From assembly GCA_014378775.1 (NCBI GenBank), contig JACMMZ010000036.1, forward strand, positions 1-50,008: a DNA stretch of 50,008 nt, written 5' to 3'. Position 1 is the first letter of the stretch; each line of letters opens with the position of its first letter. The DNA is from Pseudobdellovibrionaceae bacterium. Lineage in GTDB: Bacteria; Bdellovibrionota; Bdellovibrionia; Bdellovibrionales; Bdellovibrionaceae. The notes under the pieces are model-generated. The model was not told the DNA's origin. It searched no databases and saw only the letters and a program-made list of their open reading frames with translations. This document shows positions 1 to 8,911 of the stretch, in pieces. The translations under genes were made by a program, and so were the position numbers.

Positions 1-2
1 CT

Positions 3-191
3 TCCCTAGCAAAAGCCCGCGTGATCGTCTGTGACGACGTGCTGGCCACCGGAGGCACGTTACGAGCCTCGCAAGAACTGTGCGAAGCGGCTGGCTACCA
101 AGTGGAAGATATTTTGGTTTTGATTAATCTCACTTTTTTGAATCAAATGGCTTTTCGTGATCAACCGATCAAATCATTGATTCAGTATTAG
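3..191 (+). CDS. apt: Adenine phosphoribosyltransferase, 3' part (truncated by window start)
   Basis: Not in the ORF track. Frame 3 reads SLAKARVIVCDDVLATGGTLRASQELCEAAG...KSLIQY* (TAG 189-191), containing the PRPP-binding motif DDVLATGGT and an APRT-like C-terminus. Confidence 0.85.
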   Translation, partial: SLAKARVIVCDDVLATGGTLRASQELCEAAGYQVEDILVLINLTFLNQMAFRDQPIKSLIQY

Positions 192-264
192 TGACGACGA
201 TAAGTTCGTTGAAAAAAAGTTAGACAACTTAAGGTCTTCAAATCGACAGGAATTCAACCGCCTA

Positions 265-280
265 CGGCACCATATTCGCT
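265..280 (+). promoter_or_regulatory. Putative sigma54 (-24/-12) promoter
   Basis: CGGCACCATATTCGCT has GG-N10-GC spacing; the ATG is 13 nt after the conserved C; a near-identical copy lies at 2318. Confidence 0.65.
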
Positions 281-291
281 ACAAGCTGAAT

Positions 292-2217
292 ATGAAAAAC
301 ATTAAATCATTATTTACAGCAGTTTTAATTTTAGCGACACTACAGAGCCAAGCACAAGACAGTTCAAATAGCACTGAGTCGACATATAGCGCAGATTGGC
401 TTATGAGTCAGAGTGCACGAATCAATCAAAAACTAAAGCAAAGCCGCAACACTGTTAAAATTGAAAATTTGTTAAAGCTTTTAGACAAACCAAATGAAGA
501 ATATCTTGGTAGTTTTAAGGCTGGTGAAGTCGAAAACAAAGTCATATTGGTTAATCGAGGATTGGGAAAGTCGCAAGACATCGTTGTTCGACAAAATAGT
601 GGAATCGAAGAGATCATTTTCTCAAATTTTGAAATTAAAAAGAATAATTCTTTCCGTATCGAATATGTCATCACTTCGCCAGACAGTCGAAATTTAATTG
701 TTGTGGCATTCAAAAAGGGCTCTACAGATCGAAAAGATTTGTATTTGATTAACATTGAGACGAAGAACAGAAAAGATATTGCTCTAGATATAAAACTCAC
801 TTCAGTGAAATGGAATTCCTCTGAAGTGATAGTTTATTCTGACTACAGCGGCTTACGAACTGAATACAAGCTTTCATCTACAGCAGTTGCCGCGAAGGAA
901 CCGCCCTATACTTACGAGCGTCCAACAAAACTTAATTATGCTCTGCCGTACGATTCACTCATTGGTGTGTTGGATAATTTTGTTTATCTCAAAAAATCCG
1001 GGCCCAATGGCTTGGGTGAGATTCGTAAAGTTCTCAATGACCCAGCTTCAACAGAATCCATGGAAGTCGTTGTCAGTCCGGAAAGTAATGACTACTTAAC
1101 AAAAGCCTTTGTAGTAGATGAACAATTAATTATCATACGTGTTAGTAAAAATCAGCACATTCAAATCATAAATAAGACAGGGTTAGAGTTAGCAAACATA
1201 ACTATTCCTGAGCAGGGTTTTGTCCGAGAAGGCTTTTTGCTCAATCCGAAAAGTTGGAAAGTCGCTGACGACAAAATAAAAATCCCTATAAGATCACTAG
1301 TAAACCAAGTGCGTGAATTTACTTATAATTTAAAAGATAAACACTGGGAGACCGAATCGTTTAATCAAGATTTACTCTTTGTGGACGGGGTACAACTCAA
1401 ATCAAAAATCGTGGATGTGATCGCGCGCGATGGTGTGGCCGTACCAATGAGGATTACATACCGTGAGAATTTAGCTCAAAACGGGAACAATCCAGTTCTG
1501 TTCCAAGTTTATGGTGGTTTTTCTGTAGCCGGATATATGAACGACCGTGCAGAGAACAATCCTATGCTCATCGATTTTTTGAAAAAGGGCGGGATCTACG
1601 CTGCACCCGCGTTACGGGGTGGGAATGAATTTGGCGAAAAATGGCATCAAGCCGCTTTGTTAAGTAATAAAAAAATTACGATGTTGGATCTCATTGATTC
1701 AGCTCGATGGATGGTTTCGCAAAACTGGACAATACCGCAAAAAATAATTATAACTGGTACCTCCAATGGAGGGTTGACGGTGGCTTCGGCCGCCCTTCTA
1801 TCGCCACAAGATTTCGGATTGGTCATTCCTTTTGCTGGCGTGCATGACCTGTTAAGAAAAGATAGTTGGGATTCAGAATTCGAAGGTTGGTCATTCGAAT
1901 ACGGCAAATCGAGCGATGAAAAAGCAAAAGTGTGGTTGAAAGAAATTTCTCCGGTTATTCTGGCAGAAAAAGTGAATTCCGCCGAAACAATACCTCAATT
2001 CTTGATCATTACAGGGAAAAATGATTCACGTGTTAACCCAAAACATTCCTACGAACTAGCCGAAATACTCATAAAAAATAGTTCACAAAAGGAAATCTAT
2101 TTGTCCGCGATAAATAATGCTGGTCATTATCTATCTTCGGTCTACTATCAAAATTGGATCGGATGGAGAGCTCAAGTTTTGGCATGGACTTATATTTATG
2201 ATTTCGCGGGGTTCTAG
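292..2217 (+). CDS. Secreted prolyl oligopeptidase family (S9A) serine peptidase
   Basis: Signal peptide (SQA-Q), YGGF, LRGGNEFGEKWH, nucleophile GTSNGG, Asp in NDSRV, His in AGH. Confidence 0.9.
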   Translation: MKNIKSLFTAVLILATLQSQAQDSSNSTESTYSADWLMSQSARINQKLKQSRNTVKIENLLKLLDKPNEEYLGSFKAGEVENKVILVNRGLGKSQDIVVRQNSGIEEIIFSNFEIKKNNSFRIEYVITSPDSRNLIVVAFKKGSTDRKDLYLINIETKNRKDIALDIKLTSVKWNSSEVIVYSDYSGLRTEYKLSSTAVAAKEPPYTYERPTKLNYALPYDSLIGVLDNFVYLKKSGPNGLGEIRKVLNDPASTESMEVVVSPESNDYLTKAFVVDEQLIIIRVSKNQHIQIINKTGLELANITIPEQGFVREGFLLNPKSWKVADDKIKIPIRSLVNQVREFTYNLKDKHWETESFNQDLLFVDGVQLKSKIVDVIARDGVAVPMRITYRENLAQNGNNPVLFQVYGGFSVAGYMNDRAENNPMLIDFLKKGGIYAAPALRGGNEFGEKWHQAALLSNKKITMLDLIDSARWMVSQNWTIPQKIIITGTSNGGLTVASAALLSPQDFGLVIPFAGVHDLLRKDSWDSEFEGWSFEYGKSSDEKAKVWLKEISPVILAEKVNSAETIPQFLIITGKNDSRVNPKHSYELAEILIKNSSQKEIYLSAINNAGHYLSSVYYQNWIGWRAQVLAWTYIYDFAGF

Positions 2218-2263
2218 GCGACTATGTCAATGCAGTACGAACCCTGTGACGATAATCGACGAA

Positions 2264-2278
2264 GTCTCATACTGAGAC
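2264..2278. promoter_or_regulatory. Palindrome GTCTCA-N3-TGAGAC, candidate transcription factor site
   Basis: Perfect 6-bp inverted repeat about 40 bp upstream of the sigma54-like element. Confidence 0.4.
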
Positions 2279-2317
2279 GCTTTTCTTCACTCTAAATCCA
2301 ATTAAATCCATTTACCG

Positions 2318-2333
2318 CGGCATCATATTCGCT
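2318..2333 (+). promoter_or_regulatory. Putative sigma54 (-24/-12) promoter
   Basis: CGGCATCATATTCGCT, GG-N10-GC; ATG 2345 is 13 nt after the conserved C. Confidence 0.65.
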
Positions 2334-2344
2334 ACACCTTGGTT

Positions 2345-3253
2345 ATGAAAAATATTATTATATTCCTTTTATTCGTGGTCTCCAGCTCATTGTACGCATC
2401 TGACATCAAAGTCAAAATGGAACATTCCAAAACTGTTGGACTGTTTGGTTACGGTATCGGAAGTGATGTCAGCATAGATTCCAAATATAAAGAAATTAAC
2501 GGACCTTCGATTTTTTTAGGAAAGACTATCTTTCCGGACGGAACTGAATCTGATCAAATGTATCTGAATAAAAAATCTAAGGTGATTCATTACATCGAAT
2601 CAAATCGCATCAATAAGTCGGCTCGCTTACAAACGGTATTAAGTCCTTACGAGCAAGCCGGTGGAACTTGTACGGGTTATGCCATGTATGATTTTTTACA
2701 GCAGCTGCAATTATCGGGGTTTGTCGGAACCGGCGAATTGGATCGCAGTCTGATCGATGAACGCGCACGAACGTATTTACTCGTGGATAACATCAATGAA
2801 TATTATTTAACTCCAAGACATCAGTACTCCATCCGAAGAGTTCTTAAAAAATATGGAAAAAGTTTCGGTTTTACTTGCAAAGAATTTAGCACCGAAAATT
2901 ATCAGCTGATGAAGGAGAAAGTGTTGGCCCATTTAGAAACTGGGATCCCATTGATCATTGAATTTTACACCGGTGAAGATATGGTCAATTCGCCTTTCGC
3001 ATTGAATCGCTTTCGGCAGTCAAAAAGGAATCAGCTTCCGATGGATGAACGCTTGTGGATACCACGCAAAAATGGCGAGAAAAAATCTGATGGTCATTCA
3101 ATCGTTATTGCAGGATCTTTTGAAGATGAAGGAAAAACTTATTTGGTGATGATTGATTCTGACTGGGCTGAGCCGCGTATTTGGGATATGGACGCTTTTT
3201 TAAACGATAAAAAAACCGCTTTAGACGAAGTGATAGTGACCACGTGCCAATAG
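2345..3253 (+). CDS. Secreted papain-fold cysteine peptidase-like protein
   Basis: Signal peptide MKNIIIF...LYA; EQAGGTCTGYA (Q..C), DGHSIVIAG (His), IDSDW (third triad position). Start moved from TTG 2339 to ATG 2345. Confidence 0.6.
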   Translation: MKNIIIFLLFVVSSSLYASDIKVKMEHSKTVGLFGYGIGSDVSIDSKYKEINGPSIFLGKTIFPDGTESDQMYLNKKSKVIHYIESNRINKSARLQTVLSPYEQAGGTCTGYAMYDFLQQLQLSGFVGTGELDRSLIDERARTYLLVDNINEYYLTPRHQYSIRRVLKKYGKSFGFTCKEFSTENYQLMKEKVLAHLETGIPLIIEFYTGEDMVNSPFALNRFRQSKRNQLPMDERLWIPRKNGEKKSDGHSIVIAGSFEDEGKTYLVMIDSDWAEPRIWDMDAFLNDKKTALDEVIVTTCQ

Positions 3254-4062
3254 CTTTTTTACTTTTTATACTTGGTTTGAATTCACAAGCCAACACTTTG
3301 GCCTGTGCCAGTCTGTTTACGCAAGAAACACACGCCGACCCCGGCTATGCCTTGGATCCAAGTTATGGCATGGCTCATCAAAAAGATTTTCGCTTAAAAC
3401 AGGCTGGTTTATTTGCTGCAGGTGGATTTTTGAGCGCCGATAAGTCCATGCTGTGCGGACCAACATGTTTGGTGAATGTGATCGAAAAATTTAAAGTACA
3501 AACAAGTCAAATTAATTTTCCAACCAATGATGTTCAAAAAATTATAGACCACGTCCAAAATCCAAATCCAATTCTAAATCTATCCACGAAATCTATCGTC
3601 AAATTTGGAGTTGATTCGAAATACTTGGCCTTGAATTTAAAGTCAGCAGCGCAAGAGGCTGGTTTGAATTTAGATGTTCAAGTCAAGACGGCGGTTTCAG
3701 GTCGCCCGACAGATTTTGAAAAAGGAATTAGTCTGAATGAATTAAAGGCCTCAATTCAGCCCGATCAGTCCGTGATTGTTTTATTTGGATTATATCGCGC
3801 CCATAACTTACAACAAGTCGAGCCATCCAACCGCGTTGGAGGCCACTTCATGATCGTAGCCGGATACGATCGCTTGAGTCCAAATCAAATGATTTTTCAA
3901 GATCCTGAAAGGCCCTTAAATTATCGTCAGGTAAATCTTATTTCGGTGAAGCCTAAAAATTTCTCTGCGGCAACCTTTGAAGTGCAGCGCGAGCAACAAT
4001 TTTTTTCACCCACCAAAATCTTGATCGAAGATATCATCATCATTAAAAATGAAAAAAAATAA
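3244..4062 (+). CDS. Secreted peptidase C39-like (papain-fold) protein
   Basis: Signal peptide, LCGPTC, GGHFMIVAGYD, FQDP give a Cys-His-Asp triad in C39-like context; overlaps the upstream gene. Confidence 0.7.
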   Translation: MPIAFLLFILGLNSQANTLACASLFTQETHADPGYALDPSYGMAHQKDFRLKQAGLFAAGGFLSADKSMLCGPTCLVNVIEKFKVQTSQINFPTNDVQKIIDHVQNPNPILNLSTKSIVKFGVDSKYLALNLKSAAQEAGLNLDVQVKTAVSGRPTDFEKGISLNELKASIQPDQSVIVLFGLYRAHNLQQVEPSNRVGGHFMIVAGYDRLSPNQMIFQDPERPLNYRQVNLISVKPKNFSAATFEVQREQQFFSPTKILIEDIIIIKNEKK

Positions 4063-4063
4063 T

Positions 4064-4909
4064 CTATTTCGTCAATGTATCTAATAAAAGTCTTTTATTC
4101 GGTGGAATCTGCGCGGGATCCATAAATAATCCCGTCCGTAATCCACCCTCAGGTGCGTGACTACCTTCAGTTAAGTTCGGCATTGTCAGAATTTTTTTCA
4201 AGATTGAAAAACCCTTTTGATTATTTCCGCGCATCACTCGAATTACTTCTTCCACGGTCACGTGGGGTCGGCTGGTGTCCCAACAATCATAATCTGTTAC
4301 GAAGCAACACGGCAAATAGGGAAGGCCCGCCTCACGCGCCAGGGCGTATTCAGGAAAGTTGCTCATGCCAATGATATCGCAATTCATCTGCCGATAAGAA
4401 TTTGATTCGGCGATGGTAGAAAAATAGGGACCTTCGATGCATACGTAAGTTTTTTCAAAATGAATGTTAAAATTAAATTCTTTTTGAATGGCGCGAAGAT
4501 TCTCCGCCATAACTTCGCAAATCGGATGAGCTAACGAAACGTGTCCGACCAGTCCTTCACCTAAAAAGGTGGATTTACGCAGGCCCTTGGTGCGGTCGAT
4601 GTATTGATAAGGAATAACGAGATCACCCGGAGCTAATGTTTTTTGTAAAGAGCCCACCGCGCTAAATGAAATGATACTGGTGGCGCCAGCGTGTTTGAGC
4701 GCGTAGATGTTGGCGCGGTAATCAATTTCACTTGGTAAAAGTTCATGATGTTCCCCGTGGCGCGAAATAAATAAAAATTCGGTTCCGTCCACTGAAACTT
4801 TTTTGAATCCCGAAGACGCTTTCCCGTAAGGAGTATCTAACGTATGCGTGCTGACTGTTTTGAAATCTTCAAATTTTTCGAATCCTGATCCGCCAATAAC
4901 ACCTATCAT
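4064..4909 (-). CDS. mtnP: S-methyl-5'-thioadenosine phosphorylase
   Basis: IGVIGGSG, TPYG, SRHG, YRANIYAL, EGPYFST, VTDYDCW; ATG 4909 is coupled to the mtnA stop (ATGA). Confidence 0.92.
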   Translation of the reverse strand: MIGVIGGSGFEKFEDFKTVSTHTLDTPYGKASSGFKKVSVDGTEFLFISRHGEHHELLPSEIDYRANIYALKHAGATSIISFSAVGSLQKTLAPGDLVIPYQYIDRTKGLRKSTFLGEGLVGHVSLAHPICEVMAENLRAIQKEFNFNIHFEKTYVCIEGPYFSTIAESNSYRQMNCDIIGMSNFPEYALAREAGLPYLPCCFVTDYDCWDTSRPHVTVEEVIRVMRGNNQKGFSILKKILTMPNLTEGSHAPEGGLRTGLFMDPAQIPPNKRLLLDTLTK

Positions 4910-5940
4910 GAAAAACAACCTTTCAAAATATCTTCTTGTTTAAATACGCCCTTATCCATAATCCATCCGGTGGTGAGCTTCGCCGGAGTAACATCAAACG
5001 ATGGATTGTAGACGCTGATTTTTTCTGGAGCCCAGATTACATCACCGAAACTTCCCTGAGCGCCGCGGACCTCTCCGGCCCCGCGCTGCTCGATCGGAAT
5101 ATCTTTTCCATCACGACATGTCGGATCCACCGTGGTAAAAGGGGCCGCTACATAAAATGGAATTTTATGGTAATGACAATTCACCGCTACGCTGTAAGTT
5201 CCAATTTTATTTGCGAAGTCACCGTTGACCGCAATCCGGTCGCTTCCGACAAACACTTTGTCAATTTTACCTAGGCTCATAAGCTGAGCCGCCATATTAT
5301 CGGTAATTAAGGTGCACGGAATATTGAGTTTTTCTAATTCCCAAGTTGTCAATCGGGCGCCTTGGAGTAACGGTCGTGTTTCGTCGACGTAAACATGGAT
5401 TTTTTTTCCGCTATCATATGCTTTTCTGATAATTCCTAAAGCCGTTCCAAAGCCCGCAGTGGCTAATCCTCCGGTATTACAATGAGTCAGGATATTATCG
5501 CCATCTTGAATCAAGCCTGCGCCATGAAGAGATATTTTTTCGCAAAGCTCAACGTCCTCTTTAAATAAATCGATCGCCGTTTGAATAAAGGAACTTTTAC
5601 TTTTTTCAGAGATCAGATTTTTTTTCATGCGGTCGATACAGTTCATCAAATTCACGGCGGTGGGTCGAGCCGCACACAAAGCATCGGCTTGCTGCCCTAA
5701 AGCATCGATATTAAAATCTAAAAAAGCGGCCTGAGCCAATTGAAGACTAGCGGCCACGCCAATCAACGGAGCTCCGCGCACTTGTAGTTTTTTAATCGCG
5801 TCGATCATTTGATCAGTGGTTTTAATATCCAACCATTTTTCCTGATGCGGTAATAAAGTCTGATCCAGCAAACTTAAATGTAGGGAATCGCTATTGTAAG
5901 AAAATTTTAAAGCTAAAGATTTTAAATTAATGGTATTCAT
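4906..5940 (-). CDS. mtnA: S-methyl-5-thioribose-1-phosphate isomerase
   Basis: LDQTLLP, VRGAPLIG, RPTAVNL, THCNTGGLAT, ETRPLLQGARLT, NKIGTY. Confidence 0.95.
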   Translation of the reverse strand: MNTINLKSLALKFSYNSDSLHLSLLDQTLLPHQEKWLDIKTTDQMIDAIKKLQVRGAPLIGVAASLQLAQAAFLDFNIDALGQQADALCAARPTAVNLMNCIDRMKKNLISEKSKSSFIQTAIDLFKEDVELCEKISLHGAGLIQDGDNILTHCNTGGLATAGFGTALGIIRKAYDSGKKIHVYVDETRPLLQGARLTTWELEKLNIPCTLITDNMAAQLMSLGKIDKVFVGSDRIAVNGDFANKIGTYSVAVNCHYHKIPFYVAAPFTTVDPTCRDGKDIPIEQRGAGEVRGAQGSFGDVIWAPEKISVYNPSFDVTPAKLTTGWIMDKGVFKQEDILKGCFS

Positions 5941-6602
5941 AACAATACATTCCCGATTTTTTTTCGAAGCTCGTAAAGATACTCAATTTCCTCACGCGGT
6001 AGCGGGTTTATTCCGCCTAATTGTTTTGCGGCAGCTAAAATCTGCGCCGAATTTTCAATCCGCTCCATCCCGCGGTAAGCTTCATCTAAAGATCCGCCCC
6101 AGGTAATGGCGCCGTGACGACGTAAGATCATCGCCTTGTGATTTGGTAAATAAGGTTTTAAAACTTCGCCCATAGTTTGGGTGCCTGGTCGCGCGTATTT
6201 CACAAAAGGAATATCGCCAGTGGCTAAAATGACTTCCGATAAACAATCGCTCGGAAGCTTTTCTAATTCCGGCTGCGCAATGGACCACGCGATAGCGGTA
6301 GTGGGGTGAGCATGAATCACGGCTCGAGCTTCCGAGCAGATTTTATAAACTTCAAGATGCATCAATCTTTCTGATGAGGGATTTCCAGAAATAATTTTGT
6401 TATCGATCGTGATCATGGCCATATCGCTGGCTTTCATGAAGGCTTTCGCTATCCCCGAGGGGGTGATCAGGATGTGCTGGTCATCGATGCGAAAGCTGAT
6501 GTTTCCGTCGGCGGCCGATAACATATTTCGGGCGTGAAGCCGCTGACAAACCAGCAAAATTTCAGAGTTGATTTCAGAGGATGAATTCATAAAGTCACTC
6601 AT
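5937..6602 (-). CDS. Class II aldolase/adducin family protein (FucA-like, probable Ald2-type aldolase)
   Basis: GNIS, ITPSG, PSSERLMH, HAHP, RRHG metal-binding motifs; start placed at ATG 6602 (uncertain). Confidence 0.85.
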   Translation of the reverse strand: MSDFMNSSSEINSEILLVCQRLHARNMLSAADGNISFRIDDQHILITPSGIAKAFMKASDMAMITIDNKIISGNPSSERLMHLEVYKICSEARAVIHAHPTTAIAWSIAQPELEKLPSDCLSEVILATGDIPFVKYARPGTQTMGEVLKPYLPNHKAMILRRHGAITWGGSLDEAYRGMERIENSAQILAAAKQLGGINPLPREEIEYLYELRKKIGNVLL

Positions 6603-6724
6603 ATCTTGCCTTGAAATAATAGGCAACAAGCTCTCATGGCTGCTGTAAAATGCAGCGCTCGACTAAAGTCATAAGATAATTTTTATGATCAACTCAAACC
6701 ATTGGGTCATGTAAACTGATTGCG

Positions 6725-7480
6725 ATGCTTAAAGCGAATTTAAAATGGCTTCTTTTATGTTTAATAATCCCCGCAACTTTTGCTTTCGCCATTTACACGC
6801 TTGATCAAAATGATATTTTTCTTATCCAAAAAGTAAACTTAGAAATTTCAACCTCAGAAAACCAAAAAAACTTTCCCAAAAATTACGTCGACGAATTATC
6901 CAAAGAATTTGAAGCTCTAAAGGGTCAGTCTTTGATGAAAACGTCCTTAAGCCAAATTTCAAATATTTTGAAAAAAGAAAAATGGATTAAAGAATTTCGA
7001 GTCTCCCGAGATTGGCCCTCAGAGCTGAAAATAACCATTTTGCCTCATCAGTTGTCGTATCTTTTGACCTCACCAAAAAAATTAAGTGAAGGTCTATTTG
7101 TGCCCGTCACCGAGGACGGGGAATTGCTGACTGAAATTGATTCCCGCCAGGCGCCCTCATTGGCTTTACTGATTGGTGATGACTTTAAAAAAGATCTAGA
7201 GAAAAGAAAAAAAGCGATCGAATTACTTCAGTCGATGCCGGCTCAAGGAAAAATGAGTCGGGCAAAATTATCCGAAGTTTCCTTTGATCGCCGCGATGGA
7301 TACTGGATTCAGTTGATTGATTCGAATGTAAAAATTAAATTTGGTGAAAATGATTTCGCCATGAAGTCAGCTCGCGTGTCGCAAGTTCTCGAGTATCTCG
7401 AGAAGAAGGATCTTAAAGCGCGCGTCATAGATGCAAATCTTTCTAAAAAAGTTCTTGTCAGGTTGCAGCAGAGTCAATAA
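6725..7480 (+). CDS. ftsQ: Cell division protein FtsQ/DivIB
   Basis: N-terminal TM segment, POTRA-like WIKEFRVSRDWPSEL, C-terminal VIDANLSKKVLV; directly upstream of ftsA-ftsZ. Confidence 0.85.
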   Translation: MLKANLKWLLLCLIIPATFAFAIYTLDQNDIFLIQKVNLEISTSENQKNFPKNYVDELSKEFEALKGQSLMKTSLSQISNILKKEKWIKEFRVSRDWPSELKITILPHQLSYLLTSPKKLSEGLFVPVTEDGELLTEIDSRQAPSLALLIGDDFKKDLEKRKKAIELLQSMPAQGKMSRAKLSEVSFDRRDGYWIQLIDSNVKIKFGENDFAMKSARVSQVLEYLEKKDLKARVIDANLSKKVLVRLQQSQ

Positions 7481-7591
7481 GCTTAGATTAAAGACATTGG
7501 TCTGGATGACCTTTGTCTTAATATAAACATAATGTACGGCGTAACATAATTAGCAGCATGTTTTAACAAAAAGAACATCAAGGATGACAAG

Positions 7592-8860
7592 ATGAATAGC
7601 ACTAATCAGTTCAAATCGACTGGTCCCATTATCACATCTTTAGATATCGGCTCAACATCTGTAAAAATTGTTATGGCCAATATTAATCATGAACAAAAAA
7701 TCGAAGTCATCGGAGTCGGGACATCATCTAACTCAGGACTTAAACAAGGCGTGGTCGTAAATATCGAATCCACCACAGATTGCATCCGGCGCGCCAAAGA
7801 AGAAGCGGAACTCATGTCCGGATCACGTGCTGGTGACGTGTGGGTTTCAATCAGCGGACCTCATGTTCAATCTTTCGATTCAACGGGAATGGTCGCCGTT
7901 AAAAATAAAGAAGTTACTCAGTCCGATATTGACCGCGTGATCGAAGCGGCAAAAGCCATTCAAGTTCCGACCGATCGTTCAGTGCTGCACGTGATTCCTC
8001 GTGAATTCAAACTGGATCATCAAGACGGCATCATGGATCCCATCGGAATGTCTGGCGTGCGTTTAGAGGCTAACGTGCACATCGTCACCGCCAGCACTCC
8101 AGCCCTTTCAAATATTACCAAATGTATTGAAAAAGCCGGAATGCGCGTGGCTGGTTTAGTCTTAGATCAAGTTGCCGCAGCAAAATCGGTTCTCAGCGCG
8201 GATGAAAAAAACTTAGGAGTTTGTATCGTCGACATGGGCGGCGGATCGACGAAATTAGTTTATATCATCAACGGCAGCGTCGCCCACACGGCCGTCGTGC
8301 CAATAGGTGGCTTGCACTTTACTCAAGATGTTGCTGTCGGCTTAAGAACGCCTCAGGCTAATGCCGAAATTTTAAAGAAAAAACACGGATGCGCTTTGGC
8401 CAGTTTAGTCGGTGATGACGAAGTGATCGATGTCGAAGGAGTCGGTGGTCGTAAACCACGTGCCGTGCCAAAAAAAGAATTGGCGATGATTTTGGAAGCT
8501 CGCGCCGAAGAATGTATGAATCTAATTTCAAATAGTGTTCGTCTGAGCGCTTTACAGCCCTTACTCGGATCGGGAATTGTACTGACGGGCGGAGCCAGTC
8601 AGCTCGATGGCATGGTCGAAATGGGAGAATTTATTTTTGATATTCCTCTTCGCCGCGGATTTCCCATGGCAGTTGAGGGATTAAAAGACGTGGTCAAGGG
8701 AAGTGAATTTTCTACTTCAATTGGTTTATTGCAATACGCTTATGATCAGAAGAAAGATCTTTACACTCATCATCACGAATCCATGGTGTCCACGGTTTTA
8801 TCTGAATCGATGAGTGATTTTTCAAATAAGGTTAAGAAATTTTTTGCAGATTTATTTTAG
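7592..8860 (+). CDS. ftsA: Cell division protein FtsA
   Basis: LDIGST, PIGMSGVRLE, VDMGGGS, VLTGGAS, C-terminal amphipathic helix KVKKFFADLF. Confidence 0.97.
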   Translation: MNSTNQFKSTGPIITSLDIGSTSVKIVMANINHEQKIEVIGVGTSSNSGLKQGVVVNIESTTDCIRRAKEEAELMSGSRAGDVWVSISGPHVQSFDSTGMVAVKNKEVTQSDIDRVIEAAKAIQVPTDRSVLHVIPREFKLDHQDGIMDPIGMSGVRLEANVHIVTASTPALSNITKCIEKAGMRVAGLVLDQVAAAKSVLSADEKNLGVCIVDMGGGSTKLVYIINGSVAHTAVVPIGGLHFTQDVAVGLRTPQANAEILKKKHGCALASLVGDDEVIDVEGVGGRKPRAVPKKELAMILEARAEECMNLISNSVRLSALQPLLGSGIVLTGGASQLDGMVEMGEFIFDIPLRRGFPMAVEGLKDVVKGSEFSTSIGLLQYAYDQKKDLYTHHHESMVSTVLSESMSDFSNKVKKFFADLF

Positions 8861-8911
8861 TTCATTTTTATTTTTTGTTTTACAATTTAAATTTTCATCA
8901 GGGAGGAATTA

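Noticed and set aside
5937-6602. Naming the aldolase-family gene mtnB
   Set aside because: Its motifs look closer to FucA-type aldolases; it cannot be resolved without a phylogeny, so no symbol is given.
8861-8900. T-rich tract between ftsA and ftsZ as a terminator
   Set aside because: No stem precedes it; more likely an unstructured translation-enhancing spacer.
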